Counted from the stretch's first letter, positions 47,867 to 58,473 are shown. The stretch: DNA of 64,000 nucleotides from Flavobacteriales bacterium (GCA_016716605.1 JADJWA010000002.1:88031-152030), one strand, 5' to 3'. The notes: a model not told the origin generated them from the letters alone. Made by a program: numbers and translations.

Positions 47867-48673
47867 ATGATGCACAAGACGCCGATTGCCCGCTGGAGCC
47901 AGATGTGGTTGCTGCTCGCAAGCCTGATGGCCCCCGCAACCTTTCTCGCGCAAGAAGGCGCTGGCCAGAGCCATTTGTTCCTCGGTGCCACGGCCGGGAT
48001 CGACCACGCTTGGCTGGGCGATGACGATTACTTGAAACCATACTTCAGGCAATCGCCAATCGCCCAAACGGTCAACGCATCGCTGATGTACCAGATCGGC
48101 GTGTTCGGTGTTGAGTACCGATACGATCTGGTGGACGGCAAGCTTGCCAATCCTCGCCCAACCGGCAATGTGTTCCCTCCTATCGTGTTCAAGGTCGAGT
48201 ACTATGCCGTACGCAATACGAACACCGATTTCGACACAAGCTTGTACGCCAATAAGAAGGCGCTCGACCTCTACGGCGGGGTGCCCTCGGAATTCAGCCG
48301 ACGGCATTGGGGGTTTCACTTGGGTATGACTCGCCACATGGGCAAGCAGAACCGCAGCATTTTCTACGGAACAGTAGGCTACCAAATCGGCACAGCCACG
48401 CTAAAGAACCAGCATGACGGCCAGCACTCCACAACCGCTCGCTTCAACACAAGAGGGCTCGACATCGGCATGGGCTTCGTGTTCGCGTTGAGCGATGCAA
48501 TCGGCCTCTATTGGGACCTCTTCGGCACCACGCGAACGAACATGGGCGAATCCTATGAGCTGGAACATCACACCTCTGCCCTGCCTACCACAGAAGTGGC
48601 TATGGAAGAAACCCTCCTGCACTACACCATGTACATGCGCTTGGGACTTGGTGTGCGGTTCATCAAGTACTGA
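47867..48673 (+). CDS. Hypothetical outer-membrane beta-barrel-like protein
   Basis: Trimmed to MMHKTPIARWSQMWLLLASLMAPATFLAQ. The C-terminus ends in an aromatic (F-x-KY). Confidence 0.55.
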   Translation: MMHKTPIARWSQMWLLLASLMAPATFLAQEGAGQSHLFLGATAGIDHAWLGDDDYLKPYFRQSPIAQTVNASLMYQIGVFGVEYRYDLVDGKLANPRPTGNVFPPIVFKVEYYAVRNTNTDFDTSLYANKKALDLYGGVPSEFSRRHWGFHLGMTRHMGKQNRSIFYGTVGYQIGTATLKNQHDGQHSTTARFNTRGLDIGMGFVFALSDAIGLYWDLFGTTRTNMGESYELEHHTSALPTTEVAMEETLLHYTMYMRLGLGVRFIKY

Positions 48674-48970
48674 CCGCATGCAATGGTGCCTCGCACATAA
48701 GGCGCGAAAGAGGCTGCCTCGCCCTTCCAATCAGCGAAGACGACATCAGCCGCAAGAAGATCGCAGCGCCACTCGTTGGGAACTGGAGCAGTCATCGCGA
48801 TTCTTGTGCTTTTTGCTCTTGGTCTGTTCCTGCTGGTGGTCTGAAGTGAGAAGAATCCCCTCTGCATCACTTCGGCTGATGAACTGATGATACCGAACCA
48901 ATCAGCCAAAGCCCTATCGCTTTAACCAATAAAAGCCGACCTTCGCGGCCGTTTCCGAAATCAGCACACC

Positions 48971-49414
48971 ATGAAGGAGATCCTCGAGAGCCGCAAACTG
49001 CTGGGCGCCACGGCCGGCATCAGCCTGAAAGAGCTGAACCTCCTGTACAAGGGGCTGATGAAGCAGCACCACCCCGACCGCTTCCAAGAGGAGGCTGAGC
49101 GCGCCGAGGCGGAGGCCATGAGCCAGCGGATCATCGCGGCCTACAAGTTCCTCGAAGGCATGCATCCGGAGACGCTCTCGGCCCGCGCCGGCGAATTCGA
49201 GCAGACCATGACCAGCGGCATCTCCAATTGGGAGTACAAGGGCCAGGTGCTGCGCCTGCACTTCGGTGATGGCAGCACGCATGCTTTCTATGGCGTGCCG
49301 CCCAAGACCTACAACAAGTTCGTGGGCACCGATGCCACGCCGCGCTTCGTGCGCAGGCACCTGTTGGGCAACTATGCCCAGCGCAAGGTGACGAGCGCCG
49401 TAGCCGCGGAGTAG
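48971..49414 (+). CDS. KTSC-domain protein with N-terminal J-like helical region
   Basis: C-terminal KTSC signature (GQVLRLHFGDGSTHAFYGVPPKTYNKFVGTDA). N-terminal LYKGLMKQHHPDRF. Confidence 0.8.
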   Translation: MKEILESRKLLGATAGISLKELNLLYKGLMKQHHPDRFQEEAERAEAEAMSQRIIAAYKFLEGMHPETLSARAGEFEQTMTSGISNWEYKGQVLRLHFGDGSTHAFYGVPPKTYNKFVGTDATPRFVRRHLLGNYAQRKVTSAVAAE

Positions 49415-49577
49415 CGCGCGTCCGTTCGTGCGGATCGTTGCAGGGTGCAGCCCGTTCGGCATAACGGCACATACCTTGTCAGGCCGTACGCCCTAACCCG
49501 TACCCCTATGAACGCTTCACTACGCCCGCTCCTCCTCCCCCTTCTTCGCCCTCCAACTCATCTCCGCCGTTGCCCAG

Positions 49578-51464
49578 TTGAGCCCAGCCTGGACCGCTAG
49601 CACCGGTGCCGTGCAATGGATGCGCACCACCGCAGCAGGAGCCGTGGTCGTCTGCACCGCCGAGGGCCTCAAAGGCGTGGATCCCGCCACAGGCGATGTG
49701 TCCTGGACCTTGAAGGAATTGGCCGGAGCACCCGAGACCGGATACACCGAGGTGGACCGCTCGCCCTTCGTGACCCTCGTGCCCAATGGCCGGCCGGAAG
49801 CGCTCTTCATCGTAGAGCCCTTCAGCGGCACGGTGGCCTTCAGCAGCGATGAAGCCGGCATCAGCAACATCACCAGCAAGTATTTCCTCTACGCCAATAA
49901 CGCCATCGTCCTTGTTGGGCAGAAGGCCGATAAGAAAGCGGCGATGGCCTGCGTGGATATGGGCACCGGACAGGTGCGCTGGACCAAGGACGACAGCTTC
50001 AGCCGGCTCACCGCCTGCAACAGCGCTGGTCCCGACGCGATCCTGCTGAGCACGCTCTTCTTCGCTTACAAACTGGATGCGAAGACCGGCGCCGAGCTCT
50101 GGAAGAAATGCCCTGATCCTTCTTTCGAGAAGATGGCGGGCTTCGCAGCATTGCTCGACAAGGGCGGCGCCAACATCAACATACCCGGCATCGGTGGCGT
50201 CTTCATCACCACGCCGCACGCGCCCGAGCTCTGCTTCATGGGCATGCAGACCGAGCAGCGCAAGGAATCGACCGATTCGCAGGGCAAGAAGACCGTGACG
50301 GTCACCTACAAGACCTTCGTGAACGCCTTCCGCATCGCCGATGGCGGCTATGCCTGGAGCGCGCCGTTGGAGTTCCAGCAGAAGCTGGGCACCTTGGTTC
50401 CCTTGAAGAGCGGACTGCTCGTGGGCGCCGGCGACAAGCGCAGCATTGACCTGCTCGATTATTCGAGCGGCGCTGGCAAGTGGGGCAAGAATGGCAAGGG
50501 GATCAACGTGAAGGGGATCCTGGCCGGCGCCGTGGAATTGGGCGACCGCACGCTGCTCACCAGCGGCAAGGACGATGGCGTGGTGACCCTGGTGGACGCC
50601 AGCGGCAACGAGGTCTGGAAGAAACCAGTGAAGCTCGATGGCGTGGTGCAGCAAGTGACCATGCTGGGCGGTGACCTGCTCGTGGCCAGTGCTGAGGAAG
50701 TGGAGGTGATCGATCTGTCAACGGGCCTCTCCCGGCTGGAGAAGCCCATGAAGGGCGGAGCGGGCCTCGTGGCTACCAGCGAAGGGAAGACCTGGGTGCT
50801 GAACACGAAGGATGGCCTCCTGTACAGCGTGCCCGCGAGCGGCGGTACGGCCACCGCAGTAAGCACCGCGCCGCTCTCCTTCGAGGGCAAGGAGAAGCCC
50901 ACGCGCCTGGAGCACACCGAGGCGGGGCTCGTGGTGAGCAGCGATCAGAACCTGGCCCTGCTGGGAGCCGATGGCAAGGAGATCTACCGCAAGTATTTCC
51001 CGGCACCGCGCGAGAGCGGCCTGGTGCGTGCGCTGAAATACGCAAGCGCCGTGCGGGCCGCCTATTACGCCGCGGCGTTCGGCTACACGAGCGCGGCATT
51101 CGGCGCTGCGAGCCAGAGCATCCAGGTCACCGATGCCGGGAGTGCCGCCGCCCGCGACATCACCGGGGCCGTGAGCGATGTCTATGGTGAAGGGGCGCAG
51201 ATGGCCGCTGGCGCCGCGAAGCGCTTCTTCCAGGAAGCCAACGCGCGCTTCAAGGCCAGCACCAGCACCGCGGGCATCCATTACCTGATGAGCGATGCCG
51301 GCAAGGGCAGCTATGTGCTGCAGGCCCTGAACAAGGCCGACGGCAGCGTGGTCGGCTCCATCCCCTTGGGCAACGACAAGAACCCCAAGTACGAGGTGGA
51401 TGCCTTCAGCAACGCCGTTTATCTCGTTGATGGCGGAAGCGTGAAGCTGTTCAAAGTGCAGTGA
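49578..51464 (+). CDS. PQQ-like beta-propeller repeat protein (probable frameshifted signal peptide starting at 49508)
   Basis: 628 aa with repeated WxK...G beta-propeller blades. The annotated start is a TTG. Upstream, ATG 49508 in the +2 frame plus a 1-nt shift in the C5 run at 49537-49541 would give a canonical signal peptide MNASLRPLLLPFFALQLISAVAQ. Confidence 0.7.
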   Translation: MSPAWTASTGAVQWMRTTAAGAVVVCTAEGLKGVDPATGDVSWTLKELAGAPETGYTEVDRSPFVTLVPNGRPEALFIVEPFSGTVAFSSDEAGISNITSKYFLYANNAIVLVGQKADKKAAMACVDMGTGQVRWTKDDSFSRLTACNSAGPDAILLSTLFFAYKLDAKTGAELWKKCPDPSFEKMAGFAALLDKGGANINIPGIGGVFITTPHAPELCFMGMQTEQRKESTDSQGKKTVTVTYKTFVNAFRIADGGYAWSAPLEFQQKLGTLVPLKSGLLVGAGDKRSIDLLDYSSGAGKWGKNGKGINVKGILAGAVELGDRTLLTSGKDDGVVTLVDASGNEVWKKPVKLDGVVQQVTMLGGDLLVASAEEVEVIDLSTGLSRLEKPMKGGAGLVATSEGKTWVLNTKDGLLYSVPASGGTATAVSTAPLSFEGKEKPTRLEHTEAGLVVSSDQNLALLGADGKEIYRKYFPAPRESGLVRALKYASAVRAAYYAAAFGYTSAAFGAASQSIQVTDAGSAAARDITGAVSDVYGEGAQMAAGAAKRFFQEANARFKASTSTAGIHYLMSDAGKGSYVLQALNKADGSVVGSIPLGNDKNPKYEVDAFSNAVYLVDGGSVKLFKVQ

Positions 51465-51549
51465 AGGGCACCCGTTCCTGTCTGCGCATCGGGAACGCTT
51501 TCGATCCAGGCCTCGGCTATGGCCAGTGGCTCGTAAAGGCAAACCATCA

Positions 51550-52404
51550 TCACTTGCGCTCGAACCGCAGCACGTTGGGTGATGTCCCCTTGCCTTCGTT
51601 GCTGATGAGCATAGCGCCGCTGGGGAGGAAGGTGATGCCCTCCGGTTTCGGGAAGAGCTCCTCGCTGAGTTCCTGTAAAGAAACCAGCTTGCCGGTCCGA
51701 TCCAAGACCAGCAGCGTGCGGTCAACGGCGCTGAGCAGGTAATAGTGGTCTGAGAGCGGATCAACAGCCACCGAGCTGAAACGCAATTTAAGGGCTGGCA
51801 CCGAACGGCCCTTGGGTGTGGTACGCTCCGGCACAGTGAAGCCAGCGGCCCGTGCTTGTGCGACGATGCCCGACACGGTGAAGCGCAGGACGGGCTCCGG
51901 CAGCAGCTCTCGCCTGGCAACGTCATAGGCATGGATGGCCCTTGAATCACGGGTGGTCGGATCACCTTTCACGACGCCCTTCGGCGCTATGAGGACCCGG
52001 CCCATGCGCTCATCATAGCCCAAGCCCTCAAGGTTGTCCTGAGGCAGTTGCAGGCGGAAGGTGTCAAGCACATCCATCTTCATGTCACCCATGGACATCC
52101 GATAGACAAGGCCGTCGCTGCGGAGCGCATAGTACTCGTTGCCCACGCGCGTGAGTCCCTCCAGATCGCCGGGCCCGCCGAAGGCAAGGGTTCCCTTGAT
52201 CCGTCCTGAATTGACATCGATGAGGTACATGACAGCGAGCTCGTCCTGCACACAGGCCACTGTGAACTCGTCAACGTCCGTGAGCGCGCTCACCTCGGTG
52301 AGCATTCCCGGGAGCCGAAGGATGGCATCAGGCTGACTGAGTTTGAAAGGGAATGGCTGCGACTGCGCACAGAGAAGCAGGAATGCCAGGCCATTGAACC
52401 TCAT
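51550..52404 (-). CDS. SdiA-regulated / YjiK-like beta-propeller domain protein
   Basis: Signal peptide. Motifs typical of the SdiA-regulated family (SALTDVDEFTVACVQDE, EGLTRVGNEYYALRSDGLVY, EGITFLPSGAMLISNE). Confidence 0.7.
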   Translation of the reverse strand: MRFNGLAFLLLCAQSQPFPFKLSQPDAILRLPGMLTEVSALTDVDEFTVACVQDELAVMYLIDVNSGRIKGTLAFGGPGDLEGLTRVGNEYYALRSDGLVYRMSMGDMKMDVLDTFRLQLPQDNLEGLGYDERMGRVLIAPKGVVKGDPTTRDSRAIHAYDVARRELLPEPVLRFTVSGIVAQARAAGFTVPERTTPKGRSVPALKLRFSSVAVDPLSDHYYLLSAVDRTLLVLDRTGKLVSLQELSEELFPKPEGITFLPSGAMLISNEGKGTSPNVLRFERK

Positions 52405-52521
52405 GCACGCAAGATAGCCACGCCGATCACCGATCGTGGCGCTTCATCGGCTTGCTAGTCCGACCCATGTCCAAGCGAATACTCGGTGCGCTTAGCTTTG
52501 GTGGAACCAAACCCAGAACCC

Positions 52522-53367
52522 ATGCGCATCGAACCCACGAGACTTTGCACGGTCCTCCTGATCCTGCTCGCACCGATCCTCGTTCGCGCTCAACAGGTGT
52601 ACAAGGGCTTCGGCACCAGCAACAGCACCTTCCTGCTGGGGAATCTCACGGCGCTCCGCACGCAATGCCTCTACCTGCCCGGCGACCTGGTGAATCCGGT
52701 GAGCGGCCCGATCACCCGGCTCTACTACCGGTACGGCACCACGGGGCAGGCCACGGGCGTCACGCTCGGCAACCTCACGATCAAGCTGGGGCTCACGAAC
52801 GAGGTGGCCTTCGCCGGCGGCAACACCTACTTCACCGGGCTGAGCACCGTGCTGGCATCCGCCTCCTACACGATCCCGGCCGGAACCACGGGCGATTGGT
52901 TCCCGATCGACCTGCAGACGCCTTTCCTGTACAACTCCAACCGCACCCTCATCATCGAGATCGAATTCCAGACCACCACTGCTGCGGCATTCGGCACATA
53001 CGGCACTACGCCCAATAACGGACGGAAGCTCTATTCCAACACCAGCGGCACGGTCACGGGCACTACCACGAGCAGCACCTGGCAGGACATGGGCTTCGAC
53101 CTCGATATGGGCGCGGGAATCGCGCACGTTGAAACGATAGGCGCCGCCTTGTGGCCGAATCCAGCGTCCCAAATCCTGAACATCGCCCTTCCCGCCGACC
53201 TCTCCGGGAATCTCGAGTTCATCGATGCGCAAGGGCGTACGGTGCTCACAGCATATGCACAGGGCGCTGCTGCGATCAGCATCGCGCCGCTCGCATCGGG
53301 TCCATACACCGTTCGGCTCACGGACACGGGCCGCAGCATCATGCTCGGCCGGGTGCTGAAGGAATAG
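52522..53367 (+). CDS. Secreted protein with T9SS C-terminal sorting domain
   Basis: Signal peptide MRIEPTRLCTVLLILLAPILVRAQQ. C-terminus ALWPNPASQILNIALPADL...GPYTVRLTDTGRSIMLGRVLKE. Confidence 0.7.
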   Translation: MRIEPTRLCTVLLILLAPILVRAQQVYKGFGTSNSTFLLGNLTALRTQCLYLPGDLVNPVSGPITRLYYRYGTTGQATGVTLGNLTIKLGLTNEVAFAGGNTYFTGLSTVLASASYTIPAGTTGDWFPIDLQTPFLYNSNRTLIIEIEFQTTTAAAFGTYGTTPNNGRKLYSNTSGTVTGTTTSSTWQDMGFDLDMGAGIAHVETIGAALWPNPASQILNIALPADLSGNLEFIDAQGRTVLTAYAQGAAAISIAPLASGPYTVRLTDTGRSIMLGRVLKE

Positions 53368-53443
53368 CGTGCGCGGATCCAGGTGAACGCGAGCAGGGCC
53401 TTCGATGAGAAGGCCCTGCGCTGTTGTTGCGGCAATGTCCTGA

Positions 53444-53956
53444 TCAGAATTCCATCGGCTTGTTGCGGCCGGGGGGGATCTTCTCCCGGCGGTGCGTAAC
53501 GGCCAGGCAGCCGCCATCGGGATCGAAGCCGATGTTGCCCACAGGACTGTGGTAGCTGAAACCGGCCATGTGGCGCTCCAGCTCCAGGATCACGGCGAAT
53601 CGCACATGGCGCTTGTTGCGTCCGGCTTGTCCCATCGCCGAGTGCGCGGTATTCACCACCACTTCCTTCGTCAGGTGCTCGGGCTTCTCGAAGCGCAGCA
53701 GCACCTCGGTGTTGGCGGGCACGCGCAGATCGAAGCGTCCGGTCTCTGAGACCTGCGCGGTGTTCACCACGCCATCCACCTCCACGCTCACCTTGGCATC
53801 GCGCCAGGTGTGGTCCTCCACGTGCAGCCAGCCGGTGAGGATCACTTCGTCCTTATCGGAACGGCTGCCGGGAGGCACTGCGGCAGAAGCAGCGCCCGCA
53901 AGCAGGAATGCGAGGCAGGCAGAGGCTTGTCGGAAGGAAGGGAAGCGGTGGGACAT
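53444..53956 (-). CDS. Secreted hypothetical protein
   Basis: Trimmed to MSHRFPSFRQASACLAFLLAGAASAAVP (signal peptide). Confidence 0.5.
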   Translation of the reverse strand: MSHRFPSFRQASACLAFLLAGAASAAVPPGSRSDKDEVILTGWLHVEDHTWRDAKVSVEVDGVVNTAQVSETGRFDLRVPANTEVLLRFEKPEHLTKEVVVNTAHSAMGQAGRNKRHVRFAVILELERHMAGFSYHSPVGNIGFDPDGGCLAVTHRREKIPPGRNKPMEF

Positions 53957-54156
53957 GTGGCGGTGTTTGGGCCATGCAACGGGAGGTCCGGCAGAAGGGT
54001 GCCAACGTTTCGACCAGCAGGTGCGGCCAGCCGGTTGAATGGGCCGACGCGCTGCCCAGGCGCCGCGCGGGAGCCCTTCTGCCGCTAGATTCGCGCGTTG
54101 TTGCCACGCCTGCCGCACGCAAGGCCACAGCCACCCAACCGCCCAACCCGCTTCCA

Positions 54157-54741
54157 TTGAGAATCTACCGCTTCCGTGTCCTGATCGACCACCCGAGCGA
54201 GGCCTTCCGCGACATCGAGATCGGGAGCGACCAGAGCTTCTTCGACTTCCACAACGCCATCAAGGAGGCCTTCGCCTTCATCGGGCAAGAGATGGCGTGC
54301 TTCTATGTGAGCGACGAGAACTGGGACAAGGGCGCGGAGATCCCGCTGGCTGATCTGGGCTTCGCCGAAGAGGGCCATGTGCCCGCCCTGATGAAGGATG
54401 TGCTCATCAGCGATCACATGCGCAGCACCAGCCAGCGCTTCGTTTACGCTTATGACTTCCTGCATCTGTGGCTCTTCATGGTGGAGCTGATCGGCGCGGG
54501 CGAGCCGGAGGAAGGCCTGACGTATCCGCGCGTGGTGCTCAGCATGCACGAAGCACCCGACGAGCATAGCAAGGAGGACGACCTCACCGCAGGCATCCTC
54601 GAGGAGGACCCCTACGACCTGGGCGAGGAGGAGCATGGCATGGAGGACGATGACGATGACCTCTTCGGAGGTGAGGGCGAGGAAGGCGATGGCCACGATG
54701 AGTTCGGCCAGGGCGGCGGCGAGGATGATGAGTTCCGCTGA
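54157..54741 (+). CDS. Hypothetical protein with strongly acidic C-terminal tail
   Basis: Putative TTG start gives LRIYRFRVLIDHPSEAFRDIEIGSDQSFFDFHNAIKEAF... and ends in a Glu/Asp/Gly-rich tail. The upstream ATG-initiated extension is low-complexity and overlaps the antisense gene. Confidence 0.4.
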   Translation: MRIYRFRVLIDHPSEAFRDIEIGSDQSFFDFHNAIKEAFAFIGQEMACFYVSDENWDKGAEIPLADLGFAEEGHVPALMKDVLISDHMRSTSQRFVYAYDFLHLWLFMVELIGAGEPEEGLTYPRVVLSMHEAPDEHSKEDDLTAGILEEDPYDLGEEEHGMEDDDDDLFGGEGEEGDGHDEFGQGGGEDDEFR

Positions 54742-55643
54742 TGCAGCTGCCCGCGCTCGTGATCATCGGCGGGCCCACCGCTTCGGGCAAGACGGATGCG
54801 GGCATCGCGCTCGCGAAGCACTTCGGAACGGAGGTCATCAGCGCCGATTCGCGGCAGTTCTATCGGGCGATGCGGATCGGCACGGCGCGGCCCTTGGAGC
54901 ACGACCTGCACGGCGTGAGGCATCACTTCCTCGGGCATTTGGAACTGGAAGAGACCTGGAGCGCGGGCCGCTTCGCCCGTGAAGCGGAGCCCCTGCTGCA
55001 AGAGCTGCTCGCCAAGCATGGCATCGCCGTGCTCGTGGGCGGCAGCGGCCTGTACATCGACGCGCTGGTCAAGGGCCTCGACCCGTTGCCGGCCAGCGAC
55101 CCCCGATTGCGCGAGCGCTTGCAGAAGCAACTCGAGGCGCGAGGCCTCGATTCGCTGGTGCAGGACCTCGAGAAGATTGATGCCACCACCCACGCGCGCA
55201 TCGACCGGGCGAACCCGCACCGCGTGATCCGCGCGCTCGAGGTATGCCTGCTCACCGGCAAGCCGTACAGCGAGCAGCGCTCGGGCGCACAGGACCGCGC
55301 GGACATGCGCATCATCCGCATCGCCATGGAGCTGCCGCGCGAACAGCTCTATGCCCGCATCGACGAACGCGTGGACCGCATGATCGCCGAGGGACTTGTG
55401 GGGGAAGCGCGCGCCCTCCTTCCCCATCGCTCACTCAATGCGCTGCAGACCGTCGGCTACAAGGAGCTCTTCGCGCACTTCGATGGCGCGTTGGACCTGG
55501 CTGCGGCCATCGCCCTCATCAAGCAGCACAGCCGTAATTACGCTAAACGGCAGGTCACCTGGCTCCGGCGCGATGCATCGTGGCACTGGCTCCCGCCCGC
55601 CGATCATCTCGCGCACATCGCCCATGCGGAGGCCCAGCGATGA
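54741..55643 (+). CDS. miaA: tRNA dimethylallyltransferase
   Basis: P-loop GPTASGKT. Characteristic ISADSRQFYR and the MiaA layout. Confidence 0.95.
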   Translation: MQLPALVIIGGPTASGKTDAGIALAKHFGTEVISADSRQFYRAMRIGTARPLEHDLHGVRHHFLGHLELEETWSAGRFAREAEPLLQELLAKHGIAVLVGGSGLYIDALVKGLDPLPASDPRLRERLQKQLEARGLDSLVQDLEKIDATTHARIDRANPHRVIRALEVCLLTGKPYSEQRSGAQDRADMRIIRIAMELPREQLYARIDERVDRMIAEGLVGEARALLPHRSLNALQTVGYKELFAHFDGALDLAAAIALIKQHSRNYAKRQVTWLRRDASWHWLPPADHLAHIAHAEAQR

Positions 55644-57198
55644 CCGGCTCCTCCGCACGGCGGTTTGGCTGATCCTCGGCCTGGGCCTCGTCGATCGCAC
55701 CATCGTCCTCTTCGGTTTCGCATTCACGCACATCGGCATCGATGATGCGCTGATCATGCAGGTGGCCGCCGATTACGGCAACGGGATCTTCCGCGAGCCC
55801 TTCCTCTACGGCCAGAACTACAACCCCATGCTGGAGGCCCTGCTCGCAGCGCCCTTCAACCGCGTGGGGGCTGCGCCGTGGATCGCGCTGCCCATCGTCA
55901 CTTCAATGCTCGCGCTCCTCCCGTTCTGGTCGTGGAGCCTCTTGGCGCTCCGGAAAGGCGCATTGGCCCCCGCCTTGGTGATCGCCCTCGTGCCGCTCGT
56001 GCTGCCCGCGGAGTGGGCCATGATCACGAGCATGCCGCGCGGCTGGGTGCATGGGCTCGCGCTGTTGGCCTTTGTGCCCTGGGTGCTGAATGTGCGCCAT
56101 GCGTTGACCCGGCACCTGCTCTCGGCCTTCGCGCTGGTGGCCGCGCTGCTCTGCAATGCGAATGCGCTGCCTGCTGTTGCTGCCGTCGCGCTCTGGCTGC
56201 TACTGCGCGATGGAAGGCATGCTTCGCTGTGGATCAGTGCGGCCCTTGCCTCCGCGACCGGTTATGGCGTGCATGGTGCTGCTCAAGCATGGTATGCCTC
56301 CCGACCCGGTTCCGTGGTGCATGGGATCGGCGCGAATGACCTGGCCTTCAACCCGTCGTTGATCATCGACGGGCTCGCGAACATCGGCTTGCACTTCGAG
56401 CACCTGCATCCCTTCGGCGGCTTGGGCTGGTTGCCCCTCGCCTTGCTGCTCGTTGCCGCATTCGTGCTCTTGCGCCAAGGCGAATGGCGCGTGGCGCTGT
56501 CCATGATCGCCGCGATGACCGTCTTGGTCCTAGCGCTCGGCATCCCCAAGGTGCATGAAGGATGCGCGAGCGTCTTTTTCCCGCGCTCGCGGATGATGCT
56601 CAGCGTGCCTTTGCTCTTGGCGGGCGTGCTCGCCTGGCTGCTGCGGAGCTCACGGGTTCCGCGCTGGTTCGCGATCGCGAGCCCGATCCTGGCGCTGATC
56701 ACGGTCCTCGTGCAAGCACAGGCGCTGCACGGCACCGTGGATCGCGAGCTGGCCCAGCAGGAATGCGCCTGGGTTCGCCAAGAGCCGTCGGGATCGGTGC
56801 GTGACCGTTGCGAGACGATCCGTGAGACGGCCATCAACAACGACTGCCGCTTGATCGTTCCCATCCGCTGGCCGCACATCAAGGTGGACCATCGCACGCA
56901 TTTCACCGCGCACCTCACCTGCTACGCATGCCCGGTGCTCGTCGAGGGCTTCCCGTCGGCCTATGGTGCCGGTTACGACCGTCGATCATGGGTGCGCGAG
57001 GCGCATCAGCAAGCGCCGCAAGGACGCGTGCTCTTCATCGGCGGCGATGGTGCCGCTTGGCAGCGCGCGGTCGCCGATGGCTTGGCCATCAAGGATGTCA
57101 GTGAGCAGAGCGTCCCGATGCACATCGCGCAATGCGACTCGATCGCCATCAGCGATCTCATCCTGCTCCTTGGTGTTGACGATGACCTCGGCCGTTGA
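55624..57198 (+). CDS. Hypothetical multi-TM membrane protein (glycosyltransferase-like topology)
   Basis: Starts MRRPSDDRLLRTAVWLILGL, overlapping the miaA end by 20 nt. About ten TM helices followed by a soluble Cys-containing C-terminal domain. Confidence 0.6.
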   Translation: MRRPSDDRLLRTAVWLILGLGLVDRTIVLFGFAFTHIGIDDALIMQVAADYGNGIFREPFLYGQNYNPMLEALLAAPFNRVGAAPWIALPIVTSMLALLPFWSWSLLALRKGALAPALVIALVPLVLPAEWAMITSMPRGWVHGLALLAFVPWVLNVRHALTRHLLSAFALVAALLCNANALPAVAAVALWLLLRDGRHASLWISAALASATGYGVHGAAQAWYASRPGSVVHGIGANDLAFNPSLIIDGLANIGLHFEHLHPFGGLGWLPLALLLVAAFVLLRQGEWRVALSMIAAMTVLVLALGIPKVHEGCASVFFPRSRMMLSVPLLLAGVLAWLLRSSRVPRWFAIASPILALITVLVQAQALHGTVDRELAQQECAWVRQEPSGSVRDRCETIRETAINNDCRLIVPIRWPHIKVDHRTHFTAHLTCYACPVLVEGFPSAYGAGYDRRSWVREAHQQAPQGRVLFIGGDGAAWQRAVADGLAIKDVSEQSVPMHIAQCDSIAISDLILLLGVDDDLGR

Positions 57199-58473
57199 TC
57201 AAAGCTGCACGCCGATCAGCAGCACATCATCCACTTGCTCCTCGTTCCCCTTCCAATTGCGGAAGCGGTCGCTGATGGCCTGGTGCTGATCGTCCATGCC
57301 CAGGCCCGCGGTCTCCACGAGCCATTGCCTGAAGCCCGCGCTGCGCAGCTTCCTGCCCTGCGGCCCGCCGAACTGGTCGGCGATGCCATCGGAGAAGAGG
57401 TAGATGCGATCGCCGGGAAGGCATCGCGCTTCGTGCTGGGCGAAGGGCTTGTCGATGCCCTCGTGGTAGCCGATGGGCATGCGGTCGGCCTTCAACTCGG
57501 TGAGCGCACCGTTGCGCACCAGGTAGAGCGGATGGTAGGCCCCGGCGAACCGCAAGGTGGCGCTGCGCTCATCCACGACGGCCACGCTCACGTTCATGCC
57601 ATCGCGGTGGCTCACCTCGAGCTCGCCCTTGTTGAGCACCTGCTCGAATCCTGCGCGCATGGCGTCGAGCATGGCCGCTGGCTCCGTGATGCGGCGCTGC
57701 AGCACCACCTCCTCGAAGAGCGAGGCGCCGATGAGGCTGAGCAAGGCGCCCGGCACGCCATGACCGGTGCAATCCGCCGCTGCCACGACCTTCTTCCCAT
57801 CGACCTCGGTGAACCAGAACAGATCACCGCTCACGATATCGCGCGGACGGAAGAGGATGAAGCTCTCGGGGAACAACGCGGCGAGATCGGCCGCTTCGGG
57901 CAGCACCGCGCGCTGGATGCGCTGCGCGTAGCGGATGCTGCTGAGCAGGTCCGCGTTCTGGCGCTTCACCAGCGCTTGCTGCTCGCTCACCTTCTCCTGC
58001 AGGGCGATCCGCTCGCGGATGTCGCGGATGAAGAGGATGATGGCGGGCCGGCCATCGTAGCTGGTCACGCGTGCGCTGCTCTCCACGGGGAGCACGGCGC
58101 CGCTGGCAGTGAGCATCGGTACATCGTCATACACCGCGCCCTTCTTCTCCCACGCATCGGCGATGCGCTCGGCGCTGCGGTGCAGCATGCTGTCCGGGTG
58201 CAGTTGGAAGATGGTGAGGCCCTGCAACTCCTCCCGCGCATAGCCCAGCATCGATGCGGCCTTCTCGTTCGCCTGATAGATGCGGCCGTTGACGAAGTTG
58301 ATCACGAAGAGTCCGTCGTTGCTGCCCTCGAGCACTTCCAGGTAACTGGCCCGGTCGCGCTCGATGCGCTCATGGCGCGCACGCAGCCGGTTGTACGCGA
58401 AGGCCAATCCGGTAGCGGCGCCGAGCAGCGCCACGGGCACGGCCACCACGGCGAGGCCAATGCTCAGCTCCAT
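57199..58473 (-). CDS. PAS-domain PP2C-family serine phosphatase (SpoIIE/RsbU-like)
   Basis: N-terminal TM. PAS region. PP2C motifs (SGDLFWF; AAADCTGHGVPGALL; LFSDGIADQ). Confidence 0.85.
   Translation of the reverse strand: MELSIGLAVVAVPVALLGAATGLAFAYNRLRARHERIERDRASYLEVLEGSNDGLFVINFVNGRIYQANEKAASMLGYAREELQGLTIFQLHPDSMLHRSAERIADAWEKKGAVYDDVPMLTASGAVLPVESSARVTSYDGRPAIILFIRDIRERIALQEKVSEQQALVKRQNADLLSSIRYAQRIQRAVLPEAADLAALFPESFILFRPRDIVSGDLFWFTEVDGKKVVAAADCTGHGVPGALLSLIGASLFEEVVLQRRITEPAAMLDAMRAGFEQVLNKGELEVSHRDGMNVSVAVVDERSATLRFAGAYHPLYLVRNGALTELKADRMPIGYHEGIDKPFAQHEARCLPGDRIYLFSDGIADQFGGPQGRKLRSAGFRQWLVETAGLGMDDQHQAISDRFRNWKGNEEQVDDVLLIGVQL

Noticed and set aside
53908-54156. ATG-initiated N-terminal extension of the acidic-tail protein
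   Set aside because: It overlaps the antisense secreted-protein gene and is Gly/Arg-rich. The TTG start at 54157 was preferred, but it remains uncertain.
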